From NCBI GenBank assembly GCA_965216325.1, contig OZ244160.1:2112001-2176000 (forward strand): DNA of 64,000 nucleotides. The letters are read 5' to 3'. A program made the position numbers and the translations under genes. The notes below the pieces were generated by a model, which was not told the DNA's origin, did not search any database, and was given only the letters and a program-made list of their open reading frames with translations. The stretch comes from Coraliomargarita sp. (GTDB lineage: Bacteria > Verrucomicrobiota > Verrucomicrobiia > Opitutales > Coraliomargaritaceae). Below, piece by piece: positions 44,781 through 62,128 of this stretch (position 1 is its first letter; every line of letters begins with the position of its first letter).

Positions 44781-45422
44781 ATGAGCGACACACAAAGCAC
44801 TTCGGTAAAACCTCGACTCGCTGTCATCGACTACGGCATGGGCAATCTGCGCTCGGTCGTGCGGGCATGGGAGCATGAGGGGGCTGATGCGCAACTGGTG
44901 ACGAGTCCCGATCAACTCGCGGGTGCGGATGCAGTCGTGTTTCCGGGGCAGGGCGCGATCGTCGATACCATGCAGTTGCTGCAGCAGACCGGTTTCGACC
45001 ATGCGATTCGCGACTGGGTGGCGGCGGACAAGCCGTTCTTCGGCATTTGCCTCGGGCTACAGGCACTATTTGAGCACTCGGAAGAGGGCGATTGCGCGGG
45101 CCTGGGCATCTTCAAGGGCGAGGTGAAGCGCTTTCAGATCGACCCTTCGCTGAAGATCCCGCACATGGGCTGGAATACCGTCGAGTTTGCCGCGGATGCG
45201 CCCTTGACTGAGGGGCTCGTCAGCGGTCAGGACCAGTTTTATTTCGTTCACAGCTACCACATCGAACCTCAAGATCCGGCTCTGAGCTGGTTTGAGACGG
45301 ATTACGGCAAGCGCTTTGTTTCGGGCATCCACTCGGGCAATTGCTATGCCACACAGTTCCACCCGGAAAAAAGTCAGGCAAAAGGATTGCAACTTTACCG
45401 GAACTTTCTCAAATCCCTCTGA
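44781..45422 (+). CDS. hisH: Imidazole glycerol phosphate synthase glutaminase subunit
   Basis: [39 protein letters not shown]. Confidence 0.95.
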   Translation: MSDTQSTSVKPRLAVIDYGMGNLRSVVRAWEHEGADAQLVTSPDQLAGADAVVFPGQGAIVDTMQLLQQTGFDHAIRDWVAADKPFFGICLGLQALFEHSEEGDCAGLGIFKGEVKRFQIDPSLKIPHMGWNTVEFAADAPLTEGLVSGQDQFYFVHSYHIEPQDPALSWFETDYGKRFVSGIHSGNCYATQFHPEKSQAKGLQLYRNFLKSL

Positions 45423-45496
45423 CCCTTGCTCAGCTGTTGATTAACAACGACATGCAACTTATAGACCCTATTAGGGAAACTACTACCAAGACTACC

Positions 45497-46788
<1,292 letters not shown>

Positions 46789-46789
<1 letters not shown>

Positions 46790-47691
46790 TGCGATTGAAT
46801 TTACAACGATTGATCACACTTATCGCGGGGGCGGCTCTTTTGGGGGCCGCCTTCGTTGTCAATGCATTCGCGGGCGCCGAACAGTCCGGGCCGTTGGAGA
46901 TTTTAGCGCCTGAGGACGTGATCGAGGATTACCATCGTTTTCTTGGCACGCGGGATCCGTTGAAGATCGAAGACTACTCCGGGCCGTATGCGCGGCGCGA
47001 TGTGGTGGAGTTGGTGCTGGTGCAGCAGGCCTTGCAGCTCGGCGGGAATGAGCGTCCGGTGAAGTGGGTCCCGACTCGCTTGTATAGGAATTCGATGTCT
47101 GAGTTGAAGACTGGGCGCTACGTGTTGAATGGCAGCTCGGTGTGGGAGCGCGATGTGCAGGCGAGTGAGGCGCGCTTGTACGCCAGTGAAGCCTTGCTGG
47201 ATGATGGGCAGTTTGTGGTTGGTTTCTATGCTGCTGCGACCAACCGCAGAGCCTTGAGTGCCACGAGCCTGGCTGATCTTAAAGGGCTGAGGGCTGCCTC
47301 GAATAAGCATTGGAAACCGGATTGGCTCATGCTGCACGCATTGGGCATGGAGGAGGTTCGTGACGCGCGCAGCTGGGAGACCATCGTGTTGTTGTTGGCG
47401 AGTGGACGCGCCGACTTTACGCTGGCTCCGTTTAATGCTGCGGAAGGCATGAGAATTGAGAATGGTGAGTGCACGCTTTTGCCGATCCCAAAACTGAAGA
47501 CGGCGCTGCCAGGGAAGCGTGTGTGGATGGTTTCAAAGGCCCATCCGCAGGGCTCAGTAATCTTCGAGCAGTTGCAGCGGGGGCTCGCAAAGTTGCGCGA
47601 GCAGGGGCGTGTGCAACGCGCGTATACCGAATGTGGTTTTTTGAATGCAGAGGTGAAGGATTGGCAGTTGTTGCTGCCAGAGAGTGAGTAG
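46789..47691 (+). CDS. Putative periplasmic substrate-binding-like protein
   Basis: Signal peptide; RRDVVELVL, GRADFTLAPF. Confidence 0.6.
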
Positions 47692-47979
47692 CAGAGGCTA
47701 TTTGCCTGCTACAAGCGCAGGCGCGTCTCGCGCTGCAGGAGCTGAGGCTCGGTTGGGCTTACAACGACGTGGTGCGCACCGAGACGGTGCGGCGCTACCT
47801 CCAACATCTGAATCCGCCTGCTTTCGACAGGCTTACGCCAGGCAGGGCGAACCACTCCGACTGAGCCAGTCGGTTATCTCTCTTTGAAAAGGCGGGGAGT
47901 GTTTAGCTCCTCCCTTGTTAAGGGGAAGTGATCTGCTTGTCGGGTCGAAAGGTTGGGTTGTAAGAGACCGAAGTTCTGG

Positions 47980-48546
47980 CTATGCTTTACGCGCAAGCCA
48001 CAAGATCGGCGGAATGCGGTCGCCTTTGACGACCGGTTCGTGGCTCTCTACTTGCCAATTGTATTCGCGCAACGAATACATCCATTTAGCGACGGCATCG
48101 GCTTCGGTCTGGCCGCCTTCGTGTCCACGGTAGGCGGTGACGAGGAGCAGGCCGTCGTCTTTGAGGAGTTTGGCACAGCTGTCGAGTGCGGGCAGGGTAC
48201 TTGCTTCGCAGGTCTGGATAGTTTTGTCGCTCCCCGGTAGGTAGCCGAGGTTGAAGGTGATCGCGCTTACTTGAGCAGTTCGCGTTGTTGTCAGGTCCTG
48301 CAGCACACGGGCATGGTCACCGGTGTGGAGCTCGCACTGATTTGTCAGACCAGCTGCATCGAGGCGCGCGTGGGTGGAATCAATGGCAGCCTGTTGCAAG
48401 TCGATGGCGATGACTTTGCCTTCGGGGCCGACGAGTGTGGCGAGCCTGGCCGTGTCGTAACCGTTGCCGGCAGTGGCATCGATCACGGTGTCGCCTGTGT
48501 GCACTTGGGTATCCAGTTGCTGATGTACGAGTTCAGTTAAGCGCAT
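47980..48546 (-). CDS. SAM-dependent methyltransferase, YtqB/MnmM-like
   Basis: IDATAGNGYDT, FNLGYLPGSDK, YRGHEGG..E. Confidence 0.85.
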   Translation of the reverse strand: MRLTELVHQQLDTQVHTGDTVIDATAGNGYDTARLATLVGPEGKVIAIDLQQAAIDSTHARLDAAGLTNQCELHTGDHARVLQDLTTTRTAQVSAITFNLGYLPGSDKTIQTCEASTLPALDSCAKLLKDDGLLLVTAYRGHEGGQTEADAVAKWMYSLREYNWQVESHEPVVKGDRIPPILWLARKA

Positions 48547-48601
48547 TGAAGAGAGGGGCGAGGGTTGAGGCTTGAGAGCTGAAGGGCGGATGCTTGAGGG
48601 G

Positions 48602-48675
48602 TGTCGGGGCGTTGCTTGCGGTGCCCGCAAGTATATCGGTTCAGAGGAGGCGGGCTCCGCGAGCAGAGCCCCTAC
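48602..48675. repeat. GTAG-type REP doublet
   Basis: Sister of 14745-14821; supplies the TAG stop at 48672. Confidence 0.75.
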
Positions 48676-49760
48676 GATTTGCTGCGAAAGCGGCGGATGT
48701 CGATCTCTTCGTCGAGTTCGGTGCCGTGGAGGAGGTGGTCGACGAGCAGTCGGCTCATCTCCGGTGCGAGGGAGGCACCCTTGGAGCCGAGGCCATTGAA
48801 TATGTGCAGGTTTGGCTTGTCATGATGGCTGCCTAGGAAGGGGCGCACATCGGCAGTGCTCGGGCGTAGACCGGCGAGGTGCTGCACGATCTCAACCTGA
48901 TGCTCCTTGTTGATGAAACTGTAGAGGCCGTCGAGTAGCTGCTCTTTGCCGTCTTCGGTCGGTTCGCAGGAAAGATCGTCGACTTCGTAGGTGGCGCCGA
49001 GGCGGATGGTGTGATCGCCGTAGGGCAAAATCCATTTCTGGTGATGGTAGATCGCCTTGGGCAATTCAAGGCTGGGGCATTTGACGATGAGTGTTTCTCC
49101 TTTAATTGGCGTGAGGGGCAGCCAGTTGAACCAAGGGTTGTTGCGCAGGTTGGCGCCTTCGCAAAAGATAACCTGCGCCGCGCGAATGGCTTGGTAGCTG
49201 TAGCCAGTCGGCGTCTGTTTGAGCGCCGAGTAGTGAAAACACGCATCGTCGAGTGTGCCCTGTTCGATAAAGTGAGCACGAAGGGTCTTGAGTAAGCGGG
49301 GTAGGTCGACATAGGCGGCACCGAGAATGTCAAAATGTCCGTGGGTGTCTTTGATATCTTTCGGGCCGGTGCCGACTGCATGAAAGTCGCCGAGCACATC
49401 GCTATAGCGTGGGTTGCGCATTCGGCGACCGATGCGCTTCACGTCTTCGTCGTTCTGGCAGTAGCGGTGCAGCGGGATCTGATGGTAGAGCTCAATGCCG
49501 AACTGCTGCTCGATGCTACGGTAGCAGCGCTCCGCTTCGGGGCCCAGTGTCTCAAACTCCCAACTCTTTACGGCCCAGCGTCCGGTGACGGGATTGATCA
49601 CGCCGGCCGCGACGGCTGAGGCACTGGGAGCGGCGCAGTCGCCGACCAAGTGTACGGATTGGCCAGCTTGCTCCAGGCGCCATGCCAGTAGGCAGCCGGC
49701 AAGTCCGGCTCCGACGATGAGGTAATCGTTCGTTGTTTGTTGTTGCTTGTTCGCTTTCAA
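48672..49760 (-). CDS. FAD-dependent oxidoreductase (DAO/glycine oxidase family)
   Basis: IVGAGLAG, ASAVAAGVINPVTG, KGE, GATY, AGLRP, NGLGSKG. Confidence 0.85.
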   Translation of the reverse strand: MKANKQQQTTNDYLIVGAGLAGCLLAWRLEQAGQSVHLVGDCAAPSASAVAAGVINPVTGRWAVKSWEFETLGPEAERCYRSIEQQFGIELYHQIPLHRYCQNDEDVKRIGRRMRNPRYSDVLGDFHAVGTGPKDIKDTHGHFDILGAAYVDLPRLLKTLRAHFIEQGTLDDACFHYSALKQTPTGYSYQAIRAAQVIFCEGANLRNNPWFNWLPLTPIKGETLIVKCPSLELPKAIYHHQKWILPYGDHTIRLGATYEVDDLSCEPTEDGKEQLLDGLYSFINKEHQVEIVQHLAGLRPSTADVRPFLGSHHDKPNLHIFNGLGSKGASLAPEMSRLLVDHLLHGTELDEEIDIRRFRSKS

Positions 49761-49811
49761 TGGGAGTTTAGCTAAGCTGCACTAGAAACTTTCAACAAAC
49801 AACAACATCCC

Positions 49812-50267
49812 GTGAATCTTTTTCATCAATTTCGTGAGAAGTTTTTCAACAAGGCCTTGTCGGTGCCCGGGCCAGACAGCTCGCGTGCTGAGCGTGGCCG
49901 TTATGGTGAAGATTTGGCGGCGCAGTATTGCCGGAGGACGCTTGGCTATCGGCAGATCGCCCGCAACTGGCGCTATAAGCAGGATGAGCTCGATTTGATC
50001 TGCCGCGATGGTGAAGTGCTCGTGTTCATTGAAGTGCGTGCGCGCAGTGAGTCGGCGCTGGTTTCGGGCGTTGATTCAGTGGATGCGAAGAAAAAGCAGA
50101 AGCTGCTGCGCGCGTGTAAGGCCTACCTTGGGCAGCTGGATCAACCGCCGAAACACTTGCGTTTTGATGTGATCGGGGTTGTCTTGCGGGGAAACGAGCC
50201 GGGGGAGGTCCGGCACTACCAAAACATATCACTTTTTCCAAAGCACTACTCCGCCGCGCGGCGATAG
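49812..50267 (+). CDS. YraN family (UPF0102) protein
   Basis: GRYGEDLA, RNWR, ELDLI, VFIEVR, RFDVI. Confidence 0.88.
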   Translation: MNLFHQFREKFFNKALSVPGPDSSRAERGRYGEDLAAQYCRRTLGYRQIARNWRYKQDELDLICRDGEVLVFIEVRARSESALVSGVDSVDAKKKQKLLRACKAYLGQLDQPPKHLRFDVIGVVLRGNEPGEVRHYQNISLFPKHYSAARR

Positions 50268-50269
50268 TT

Positions 50270-51823
50270 ATGACTGACCAACTAGACGAATCCAGACACC
50301 CCTTTTTGAAGGGACTGAGCAAGCATCGTGGTGCGGTGCCTACCGTTATGGTGATCTTTGGCGCTTCCGGTGACTTGTGTGCCCGTAAGCTTGTGCCAGC
50401 GATCTTTAACCTCGGAGTGGACAACCTGCTGCCAGGTGACTTCCATCTGATCGGCTTCGGCCGTAAGCCGATCGAGGACGACACATTCCGCACGCTGATG
50501 GATGACGCGATCGGTGAGTTCTCCCGTCGACCACTGAATGCGGAGATCTGGGAGCGCGTGCGTGCCAACATGACCTACCACGCTGGTGGCTATGACGATC
50601 CGGCAACCTTTGTGGAGCTGGCGCAGCAGATCGACGCGATCGAAGCCGACCTGGGCCGTGAAGTGCAGCGCCTGTTTTACATTTCAACACCACCGAGTGT
50701 GTTTGAGCCAATCATTGCAAACCTTGGCAGTAGCGGCATGGCGAATGCGCACGTGGGCACTAAGCTTGCTTCGAAGGTAATTATTGAAAAGCCCTTTGGT
50801 CGCGACCTTGAGTCGGCGCGTCAGTTGAATGCGTCGATCAATAGTGTGTTTGAAGAGTCGCAGGTGTATCGCATCGACCACTATCTCGGAAAGGAGACGG
50901 TGCAGGACTTGTTGGTGCAGCGTTTTGCCAATTCGATTTTTGAGCCACTCTGGAATCGTGAGTATGTGGAGAATGTACAGATCACGGTGGCGGAAAGCCT
51001 CGGTGTCGGCACACGCGGTGGCTACTACGACACGAGTGGTGCCCTGCGTGATATGATTCAGAATCACACCATGCAGTTGGTCGCGCTGACTGCGATGGAG
51101 CCACCCGTCTCGCTGGACCCGGAGTCGATCCGCGATGAGAAGGTGAAGGTGTTGAAGGCGATTCAGCCACTGGAGCTGAAGCCGGAAGGGGGCGACGTCA
51201 TTCGTGGCCGCTATACCGGTGGCTTAGTCAACGGTGAGCCGGTTCCTGGCTACATGGAGGCCGAGGGCATTCCTGCGGACTCCAGCACCGAGACCTATGC
51301 TGCCTTACGTCTGTCGATTAACAATTGGCGCTGGAAGGGTGTGCCCTTCTACATTCGTTCCGGTAAGCGCATGGCGCGCCGTGCCAGTGAGATCGCGATC
51401 CAGTTCAAGCGTCCGCCGGGTATTCTGTTCTCGGAGGGCAGTAAGTTTGACGTGGCACCGAACACGATGGTGATCCGTATTCAGCCGGACGAAGGTGTGA
51501 CTTTGGTGATGAATTCCAAGGTGCCGGGGCTCGAAACCCGTACGCAGCCGGTGAAGATGCACTTCCGCTATGCGACGACCTTTGGCTCCAATACACCGGA
51601 GGCCTACGAGCGTCTGATCCTCGATGCGATGATCGGTGACAGCACCCTGTTCATTCGTGGTGACGAAACCGAAGCGTCCTGGAAGCTGGTGACACCGATT
51701 CTTGAATATTGGAAAGAGTGTGGTCAGCAAGGCCTTGAGGAGTATGCCGCGGGTTCCTGGGGACCACTTGCGAGCGAGCAGTTGCTTTGGGAGAAGGGCC
51801 ATCAGTGGCGCAAGTCGGGTTGA
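50270..51823 (+). CDS. zwf: Glucose-6-phosphate 1-dehydrogenase
   Basis: GASGDL, EKPFG, YRIDHYLGKE, RWKGVPFYIRSGK. Confidence 0.97.
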   Translation: MTDQLDESRHPFLKGLSKHRGAVPTVMVIFGASGDLCARKLVPAIFNLGVDNLLPGDFHLIGFGRKPIEDDTFRTLMDDAIGEFSRRPLNAEIWERVRANMTYHAGGYDDPATFVELAQQIDAIEADLGREVQRLFYISTPPSVFEPIIANLGSSGMANAHVGTKLASKVIIEKPFGRDLESARQLNASINSVFEESQVYRIDHYLGKETVQDLLVQRFANSIFEPLWNREYVENVQITVAESLGVGTRGGYYDTSGALRDMIQNHTMQLVALTAMEPPVSLDPESIRDEKVKVLKAIQPLELKPEGGDVIRGRYTGGLVNGEPVPGYMEAEGIPADSSTETYAALRLSINNWRWKGVPFYIRSGKRMARRASEIAIQFKRPPGILFSEGSKFDVAPNTMVIRIQPDEGVTLVMNSKVPGLETRTQPVKMHFRYATTFGSNTPEAYERLILDAMIGDSTLFIRGDETEASWKLVTPILEYWKECGQQGLEEYAAGSWGPLASEQLLWEKGHQWRKSG

Positions 51824-51867
51824 ATTCGTGCGAAGGTGTGAATGTTTAAAAGTGCGAAGGTTGAAAA

Positions 51868-52851
51868 ATGGCTGAATTAATTGATGTGCTCCCCGGAGTG
51901 GAACTTCCCGTGCAGGAGGTAACCAAGCGCCTGAATACGATGTGGGAGGGGGATGCGACTCCAGAGTCACCGTCGGAGTTTCGCGCGTCGCAGATGAATG
52001 TGGTGCTGCACTTCGGTCTGGATGTGACCCCCGAAGAAGCCAAGGAGCGCTTTGATGCAGTGATCCGTTTTGCCCAGCGTTATCCGAGTCGTATCATCGT
52101 GTTGTGTCCGACACGCGAGGAAGACTGCGGGATGACGGCGAAGTTGTTTAGCCAGTGCTACATTGGTGAGACGCACCGCGAGATGTGCTGCTGTGAGGCC
52201 TTACTGTTGCGTTACAAATCGGAGGATTTTGGATACTTGGCCAATCAGGTGTCGATTTGGCTGGAAGGCGACCTGCCGACTTACCACTGGCTGAGCGGGG
52301 TGCCTGCATCGCGTATTGAGACTTACTACGACAACTTGTTGGTCGGCGTGCGTCGTATCGTGTTTGATAGTAGTGTTGAGCCTGAGGATTTGATGACGCT
52401 GAATTGGCCGCAGCCTGAGCGTGTGCACGATTTAGCTGCCGCGCGTTTGCTGCCCGTGCGTCAATCGCTGGGGCAGTTTCTGAGTGGGTATCCGATTGAA
52501 AGCCTGTGCAAAGGTCTGGAGTCCGTGTGTATTCACTATTGTGATACGATGTCGGGTGAGGCTCAGCGTCTGCTGGAGTGGATTAAGGGCTGTCTCTGTG
52601 ACTGTGATAAGTGCGAGGACTGTTCGGCTCTGAGTTCGAAGTTCTCGATTCAGAAGAAGTGCGATTCGGATGAGAATCCGTTCACAATTGAATGGACCTA
52701 CAGCGATGGCCGCTACCTGAAGTGGCGTAAGCTGAAGGATGGTTCGCGTGGGGAAATTGACGCGAATCTGGGTAAGGGCGAGGAATGTATCCCCACACGT
52801 ATCAAGCCGCTCGAGCCGGATCATGCGCTGGCTGAGGCCTTGTTCTTCTAA
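51868..52851 (+). CDS. opcA: G6PD assembly protein OpcA-like
   Basis: Follows zwf; RASQMNVV, YPSRIIVL, DLPTYHW, DL...RL. Confidence 0.75.
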   Translation: MAELIDVLPGVELPVQEVTKRLNTMWEGDATPESPSEFRASQMNVVLHFGLDVTPEEAKERFDAVIRFAQRYPSRIIVLCPTREEDCGMTAKLFSQCYIGETHREMCCCEALLLRYKSEDFGYLANQVSIWLEGDLPTYHWLSGVPASRIETYYDNLLVGVRRIVFDSSVEPEDLMTLNWPQPERVHDLAAARLLPVRQSLGQFLSGYPIESLCKGLESVCIHYCDTMSGEAQRLLEWIKGCLCDCDKCEDCSALSSKFSIQKKCDSDENPFTIEWTYSDGRYLKWRKLKDGSRGEIDANLGKGEECIPTRIKPLEPDHALAEALFF

Positions 52852-52891
52852 GTATGTGGGTGATTTCGCTCTATGTTAAGAGACTTTAAAG

Positions 52892-52925
52892 AAACAGGCC
52901 GCACCTGGTAGGATGCGGCCTGTTT
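52892..52925. terminator. Bidirectional intrinsic terminator
   Basis: AAACAGGCCGCA...TGCGGCCTGTTT between convergent genes. Confidence 0.75.
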
Positions 52926-52951
52926 AGGAAATTAACTTGGGGCTGCTTTGA

Positions 52952-53536
52952 TTAGTTTAGGTGCTTGTCGACCCAGAATTTGGTGCCTTTTACGGTTGCT
53001 TGGAGTGCCAAGCCTGTATCGGTCATACTATAGACTTTGACGTCTCCAGTGTAGACTTCGCCATCAGCTGAACCGCCTTTATCATTGGCTTGTGCGGTAG
53101 CGTCAGCGTTTGCGCCAAAGGCCCAGCCTGATTCGATGAATTTATCGAGCGCATCTTGTGTCATGAAGAACATGGTGATGTTGTAATCTTTGGCTCCGAG
53201 CCCAAAGCCGACGCCGCCTTCGCCCATATTCATATAGGTGATTTCGCCAGAACTTTTGTCTTTCGCGAGGCCGTAGCCACCCCCTGCGGCGACAAAGATA
53301 AGATTTACATTTGCATTGGAGAAGGTGGCGTAGCCTGCGCACTTCTGCATGTATTCTTTGGCTCCTGGATTTGCTTTGTAGAGGGCTTCTAGGATTGATT
53401 CGCTGGATTTTTGGATTTCGGCACGCTTTTCATCGTTGCTTCCTTTGCCCGTGCTCGCACAGCCGATCAGCGCAGTGAGAAGGGTAGATAACAAGATGAT
53501 TTTGGCGAGTGAATGTATGTAAGTGCAGGTTCTCAT
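52952..53536 (-). CDS. YSC84/SYLF-like lipoprotein
   Basis: Lipobox LIGC; GYATF, GGGYG, GVGFGLG, GLALQATVKGTKFW. Confidence 0.75.
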   Translation of the reverse strand: MRTCTYIHSLAKIILLSTLLTALIGCASTGKGSNDEKRAEIQKSSESILEALYKANPGAKEYMQKCAGYATFSNANVNLIFVAAGGGYGLAKDKSSGEITYMNMGEGGVGFGLGAKDYNITMFFMTQDALDKFIESGWAFGANADATAQANDKGGSADGEVYTGDVKVYSMTDTGLALQATVKGTKFWVDKHLN

Positions 53537-53649
53537 ATTGGGTATGTTAAGTGGGGCTTTGGGTGATGCAAACGGGTTTTTGGGTTTGATGGAGAAGGGC
53601 GGTTTAAAATACGTCTCAGAGCTGCTTCTTGCCAGAGCTGCTATATTAA

Positions 53650-53900
53650 CAGGAAGGTTCACCGCGTGGTATAATACCAGTCTTCAACTTTTTCTGGCAA
53701 CTGGAGGGACACTGTCCCCAGTGTCCGAATCAGACCTAACTGCGGACGACGAGGACGCCGTCCCTCCAGGATTATGACAGGTAAGGTCACACGATGGTAT
53801 AATCTTCAACTATTTTTGGTAGAACGAATGCTATTGTTGGGTAGGGAGGCATGCATCATGCCTCCGAGAGACTGGCGAAACATACCGGAGGTCTGGGGGC
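53650..53900 (+). mobile_element. Tandem array of ATACCA/TGGTAT-ended elements: right-arm remnant, full copy 53672-53802, then a partial copy
   Basis: TAATACCA...TGGTATAA; matches 6055-6185 and the reverse complement of 7460-7589. Confidence 0.75.
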
Positions 53901-53979
53901 AGACCTCCCTACCTTTTTATCGGTTAAAGTCGCAGGCTGGCATTAGTTTTGCCGATGTGGAGTCGCAGTGGCGCACTAA

Positions 53980-54009
53980 AAAAGCCGCATCGGAATCGAT
54001 GCGGCTTTT
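53980..54009 (-). terminator. Intrinsic terminator of gltBD
   Basis: AAAAGCCGCATCG-gaat-CGATGCGGCTTTT. Confidence 0.85.
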
Positions 54010-54034
54010 GAAAGGGTGATAGTAACCGTAGTGT

Positions 54035-55522
54035 TTACGGAAGTTTGGTAGTTCCCATGAGGAACTTGTCGCACTCGCGGGCGACTGCACGACCTTCGTT
54101 GATCGCCCAGACGATGAGGGACTGACCGCGGCGCACGTCGCCGGCTGCGAAGACCTTGTCGACGCTGGTCTTGAACTTGCCATATTCGGCCTGGATGTTC
54201 GAACGGCCGTCTTGTTCGAGGCCCAGCTCGTCAACGATAGTGTTTTCCGGGCCGAGGAAGCCCATTGCCAGGAGGACGAGTTCTGCTTCGAGCACGCGAT
54301 CGCTGCCTTCGACCTTCTTCGGCATGAAGCGGCCGTTTTCGCTGACCCACTCGATGTCGTGGACGTGAACCGCCTTGACGTTGCCGTTTTCGTCGCCTTC
54401 GAACTTGCTGGAGCTGACCAGATACTGACGTGGGTCTTCTCCTTGCACGGCTGCAGCTTCTTCCTGACCGTAGTCGACCTTGTAGGTCTTTGGCCATTGT
54501 GGCCATGGGTTGTTGGCTGCACGCTCTTCCGGTGGCTTCGGCATGATTTCGAGCTGTGTAACGCTCTTACAGCCGTGGCGTAGGGATGTGCCGACACAGT
54601 CTGTGCCAGTGTCACCACCGCCGATGATCACGACGTTCTTACCCTTGGCGAGTTCGGTGAACTCCTTGGACTTGCCTTCGCGAACATCCCAAAGCTCTTG
54701 GGTGTTTGGCGTGAGGAACTCCATTGCGAAGCGGATGTTGTTGAACTCACGGCCTTCGATAGGAAGGTCGCGTGGCTTGGTCGCGCCGCAGCAAAGGATC
54801 ACTGCGTCGTTGTCGTTGAGAAGATCCTTGGAGGAGAGGTCCTTGCCGATTTCGGTGCTAGTGACAAAGGTCACACCTTCTTCGCGCATGAGGTCCACGC
54901 GGCGGTTCACGATCTCCTTCTGGAGCTTCATGTTTGGAATACCATACATGAGGAGGCCGCCGATACGGTCTGCGCGCTCATAAACGGTGACCGTGTGGCC
55001 TGCTTGGTTGAGCTGATCCGCTGCGGAGAGACCTGCAGGTCCGGAACCAACGATCGCAACCTTCTTACCGGTGCGCTCTTCAGGAGTCTTTGGAGTGACC
55101 CAGCCTTCAGCCCATGCCTTGTCGATGATGGACTGCTCGATGTTCTTAATGGTCACCGGTGGTTCGATGACGCCAAGCACACAGGAGCCTTCACAAGGAG
55201 CTGGGCAAACGCGGCCAGTGAACTCCGGGAAGTTGTTGGTCTTGGAGAGACGCTGATACGCGTCTTGCCACTTACCTTGATAAACGAGGTCGTTGAACTC
55301 AGGGATGAGGTTGTTGATTGGGCAACCACTCGCCATGTTCGCGAGTGTCATACCTGTGTGGCAGTAAGGCGTGCCGCAGTCCATGCAGCGTGCACCTTGA
55401 GTCTGAACCTTTTCGAAGTCCGGATCGACGTGTGTTTCTTCCCAGTCCTTCAGACGCTCAATAGGATCGCGGTCGGCGATCGGTGCGCGTTCGAATTCTT
55501 TAAATCCAGTTGCTTTTCCCAT
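54035..55522 (-). CDS. gltD: Glutamate synthase small subunit
   Basis: [44 protein letters not shown]. Confidence 0.96.
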   Translation of the reverse strand: MGKATGFKEFERAPIADRDPIERLKDWEETHVDPDFEKVQTQGARCMDCGTPYCHTGMTLANMASGCPINNLIPEFNDLVYQGKWQDAYQRLSKTNNFPEFTGRVCPAPCEGSCVLGVIEPPVTIKNIEQSIIDKAWAEGWVTPKTPEERTGKKVAIVGSGPAGLSAADQLNQAGHTVTVYERADRIGGLLMYGIPNMKLQKEIVNRRVDLMREEGVTFVTSTEIGKDLSSKDLLNDNDAVILCCGATKPRDLPIEGREFNNIRFAMEFLTPNTQELWDVREGKSKEFTELAKGKNVVIIGGGDTGTDCVGTSLRHGCKSVTQLEIMPKPPEERAANNPWPQWPKTYKVDYGQEEAAAVQGEDPRQYLVSSSKFEGDENGNVKAVHVHDIEWVSENGRFMPKKVEGSDRVLEAELVLLAMGFLGPENTIVDELGLEQDGRSNIQAEYGKFKTSVDKVFAAGDVRRGQSLIVWAINEGRAVARECDKFLMGTTKLP

Positions 55523-55627
55523 AGTGTGTAAGGTTTGAAAGTATGAATGTGTGAACGTATGAAGGTTTAAAGAGATTGATGACTTGTTACTTTCTCACCT
55601 TTGAACCTTCATACTGGCTGCGGCCAA

Positions 55628-60277
<4,650 letters not shown>

Positions 60278-60471
60278 ATCTTAACTGTAAAATTAAAGGT
60301 TTTGGATGTGCGTTGCCGCCAATCATTTACCTGTGCGGGCAAAGATTTTGCCCTATGTCAGAAGTCAAAAAGAACGAGCACGGTAGTAACTCAGGGGGGG
60401 CTGTCTAGAGAAAATGTGCAAACTGCTCATGTTCTTTGCTCTAGAGCGCCCCAGAACTGTGCTCGGGAGCC

Positions 60472-60497
60472 AAAAAAACCGAGCGTTTGCCCGGTTT
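60472..60497 (-). terminator. Intrinsic terminator after the glutaredoxin gene
   Basis: Minus strand reads AAACCGGGC-aaac-GCTCGGTTTTTTT. Confidence 0.7.
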
Positions 60498-60523
60498 CGT
60501 TAAAAATGAACTGGGCGAAGACT

Positions 60524-60859
<336 letters not shown>

Positions 60860-60998
60860 AATCGCTTAAGTGGTGCTAATTTATCCTGATGTCAATACGT
60901 GGGAGCATCGAAACGTGAACTAGAAGCACCCTTTTTGCCTGTATTTAAGGGGGGCGTAGGTTGGTGGCTCTTGTGCCGAGCCTGCTGTTGGGGGAGCC

Positions 60999-61514
60999 TT
61001 AGCGAAGGGCTGGTGTGTAAGTTAGCGAGTTGTCGCGAGTTTTTTGTGGGCGGGCACAGACGATTTTCCAGGCGCCGTCGCAGTTGCGTCCGACTGTAAA
61101 TAGGCTCGTAAGGTCGTCATCCTGTTCGTATGTCACGCGCATGCGATAGCCTGGTGTTAGGCTGGGGCCATAGGTGACATTGTTGTGGACAAACTTGATG
61201 CATTCCTCCGGGGCGCCAGTAAGGGGCTCAAAGTGAATACTTCTGATGGGGATGCCGAGTTCGAACTCCAGGGCGCCTTTTAGTCGGGTGAGGGTGGTGT
61301 CGCTGACGCCATCCAGGCAGTAGAGTGCCAGCATGGGCTCGATGGAGTCTGCCTGGTTTGCTCGATGAAAAGCGTCTGCGAGTTTTTGTAGGCCGGCAGT
61401 TGGCGCTTCGTTCTGCTTGTTGCATGCTACGGCTGCCAATGTGGCGGCGATCAGCGCGCACGCGAGCGTTCTGCGTAGCTGCTTAAGTGGATGCATCATT
61501 TTATATCCAGACAT
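60999..61514 (-). CDS. Hypothetical lipoprotein
   Basis: Lipobox-like LAAVAC. Confidence 0.55.
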   Translation of the reverse strand: MSGYKMMHPLKQLRRTLACALIAATLAAVACNKQNEAPTAGLQKLADAFHRANQADSIEPMLALYCLDGVSDTTLTRLKGALEFELGIPIRSIHFEPLTGAPEECIKFVHNNVTYGPSLTPGYRMRVTYEQDDDLTSLFTVGRNCDGAWKIVCARPQKTRDNSLTYTPALR

Positions 61515-61556
61515 CTATTGACCTGAAGATGTTCCGGATTGTGTGAATTCCTGAAG

Positions 61557-62126
61557 TTACTGGGGCTTGGACAGTGATTCTTCTGGGGCGTCCTTGCTCG
61601 GGGCTGTGGAGCTCTCTTCGGGCTCTTCAGCTTCGTCGCTTGCAAGTGCGAGTGTGTGGTCGGTCGCTACGGTGCTGCTGCGGTCGATTTTGCCGCTTTT
61701 AAAGCCGGTTGCGATGATGTCGATGCGGCCGAGGTCTTCGATGCCGAGGTTGTCGGTAAGCGCATTGCGCAAGTGTGTTTGCAGGGTTTGCTCGATGCTG
61801 CGGAGCTGGCCGCCGCTGGCGAGCTTGATGCGCACTTCAAAGTGCACGGTTCGGCCCTTTACTTTGATTTTAACGCTAGGCTTGGAAACTTCTTCGAGTT
61901 GCGAGCAAGAGGTCTGCACGAGCTCGACGATGGCGGCACGGCTGACCATGACGCGGCCACTGTCGGTGGCGTAGGCCATGACACTCTTCGGTTGGCGGCG
62001 GAAGAGTAGGACGATCAGTAAGAACAGAACGAGAACACTGATGCCGATCGTCAGGTATCCTTCTGGGGATTGGATGAATTCTTGGATCTGAGTGATGAGT
62101 GCGTCCATTGTGGTGTGGGTATACAT
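61557..62126 (-). CDS. Membrane-anchored AmaP-like protein
   Basis: N-terminal TM helix; GRVMVSRAAIVELV; follows the Asp23 gene. Confidence 0.55.
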   Translation of the reverse strand: MYTHTTMDALITQIQEFIQSPEGYLTIGISVLVLFLLIVLLFRRQPKSVMAYATDSGRVMVSRAAIVELVQTSCSQLEEVSKPSVKIKVKGRTVHFEVRIKLASGGQLRSIEQTLQTHLRNALTDNLGIEDLGRIDIIATGFKSGKIDRSSTVATDHTLALASDEAEEPEESSTAPSKDAPEESLSKPQ

Positions 62127-62128
62127 TT

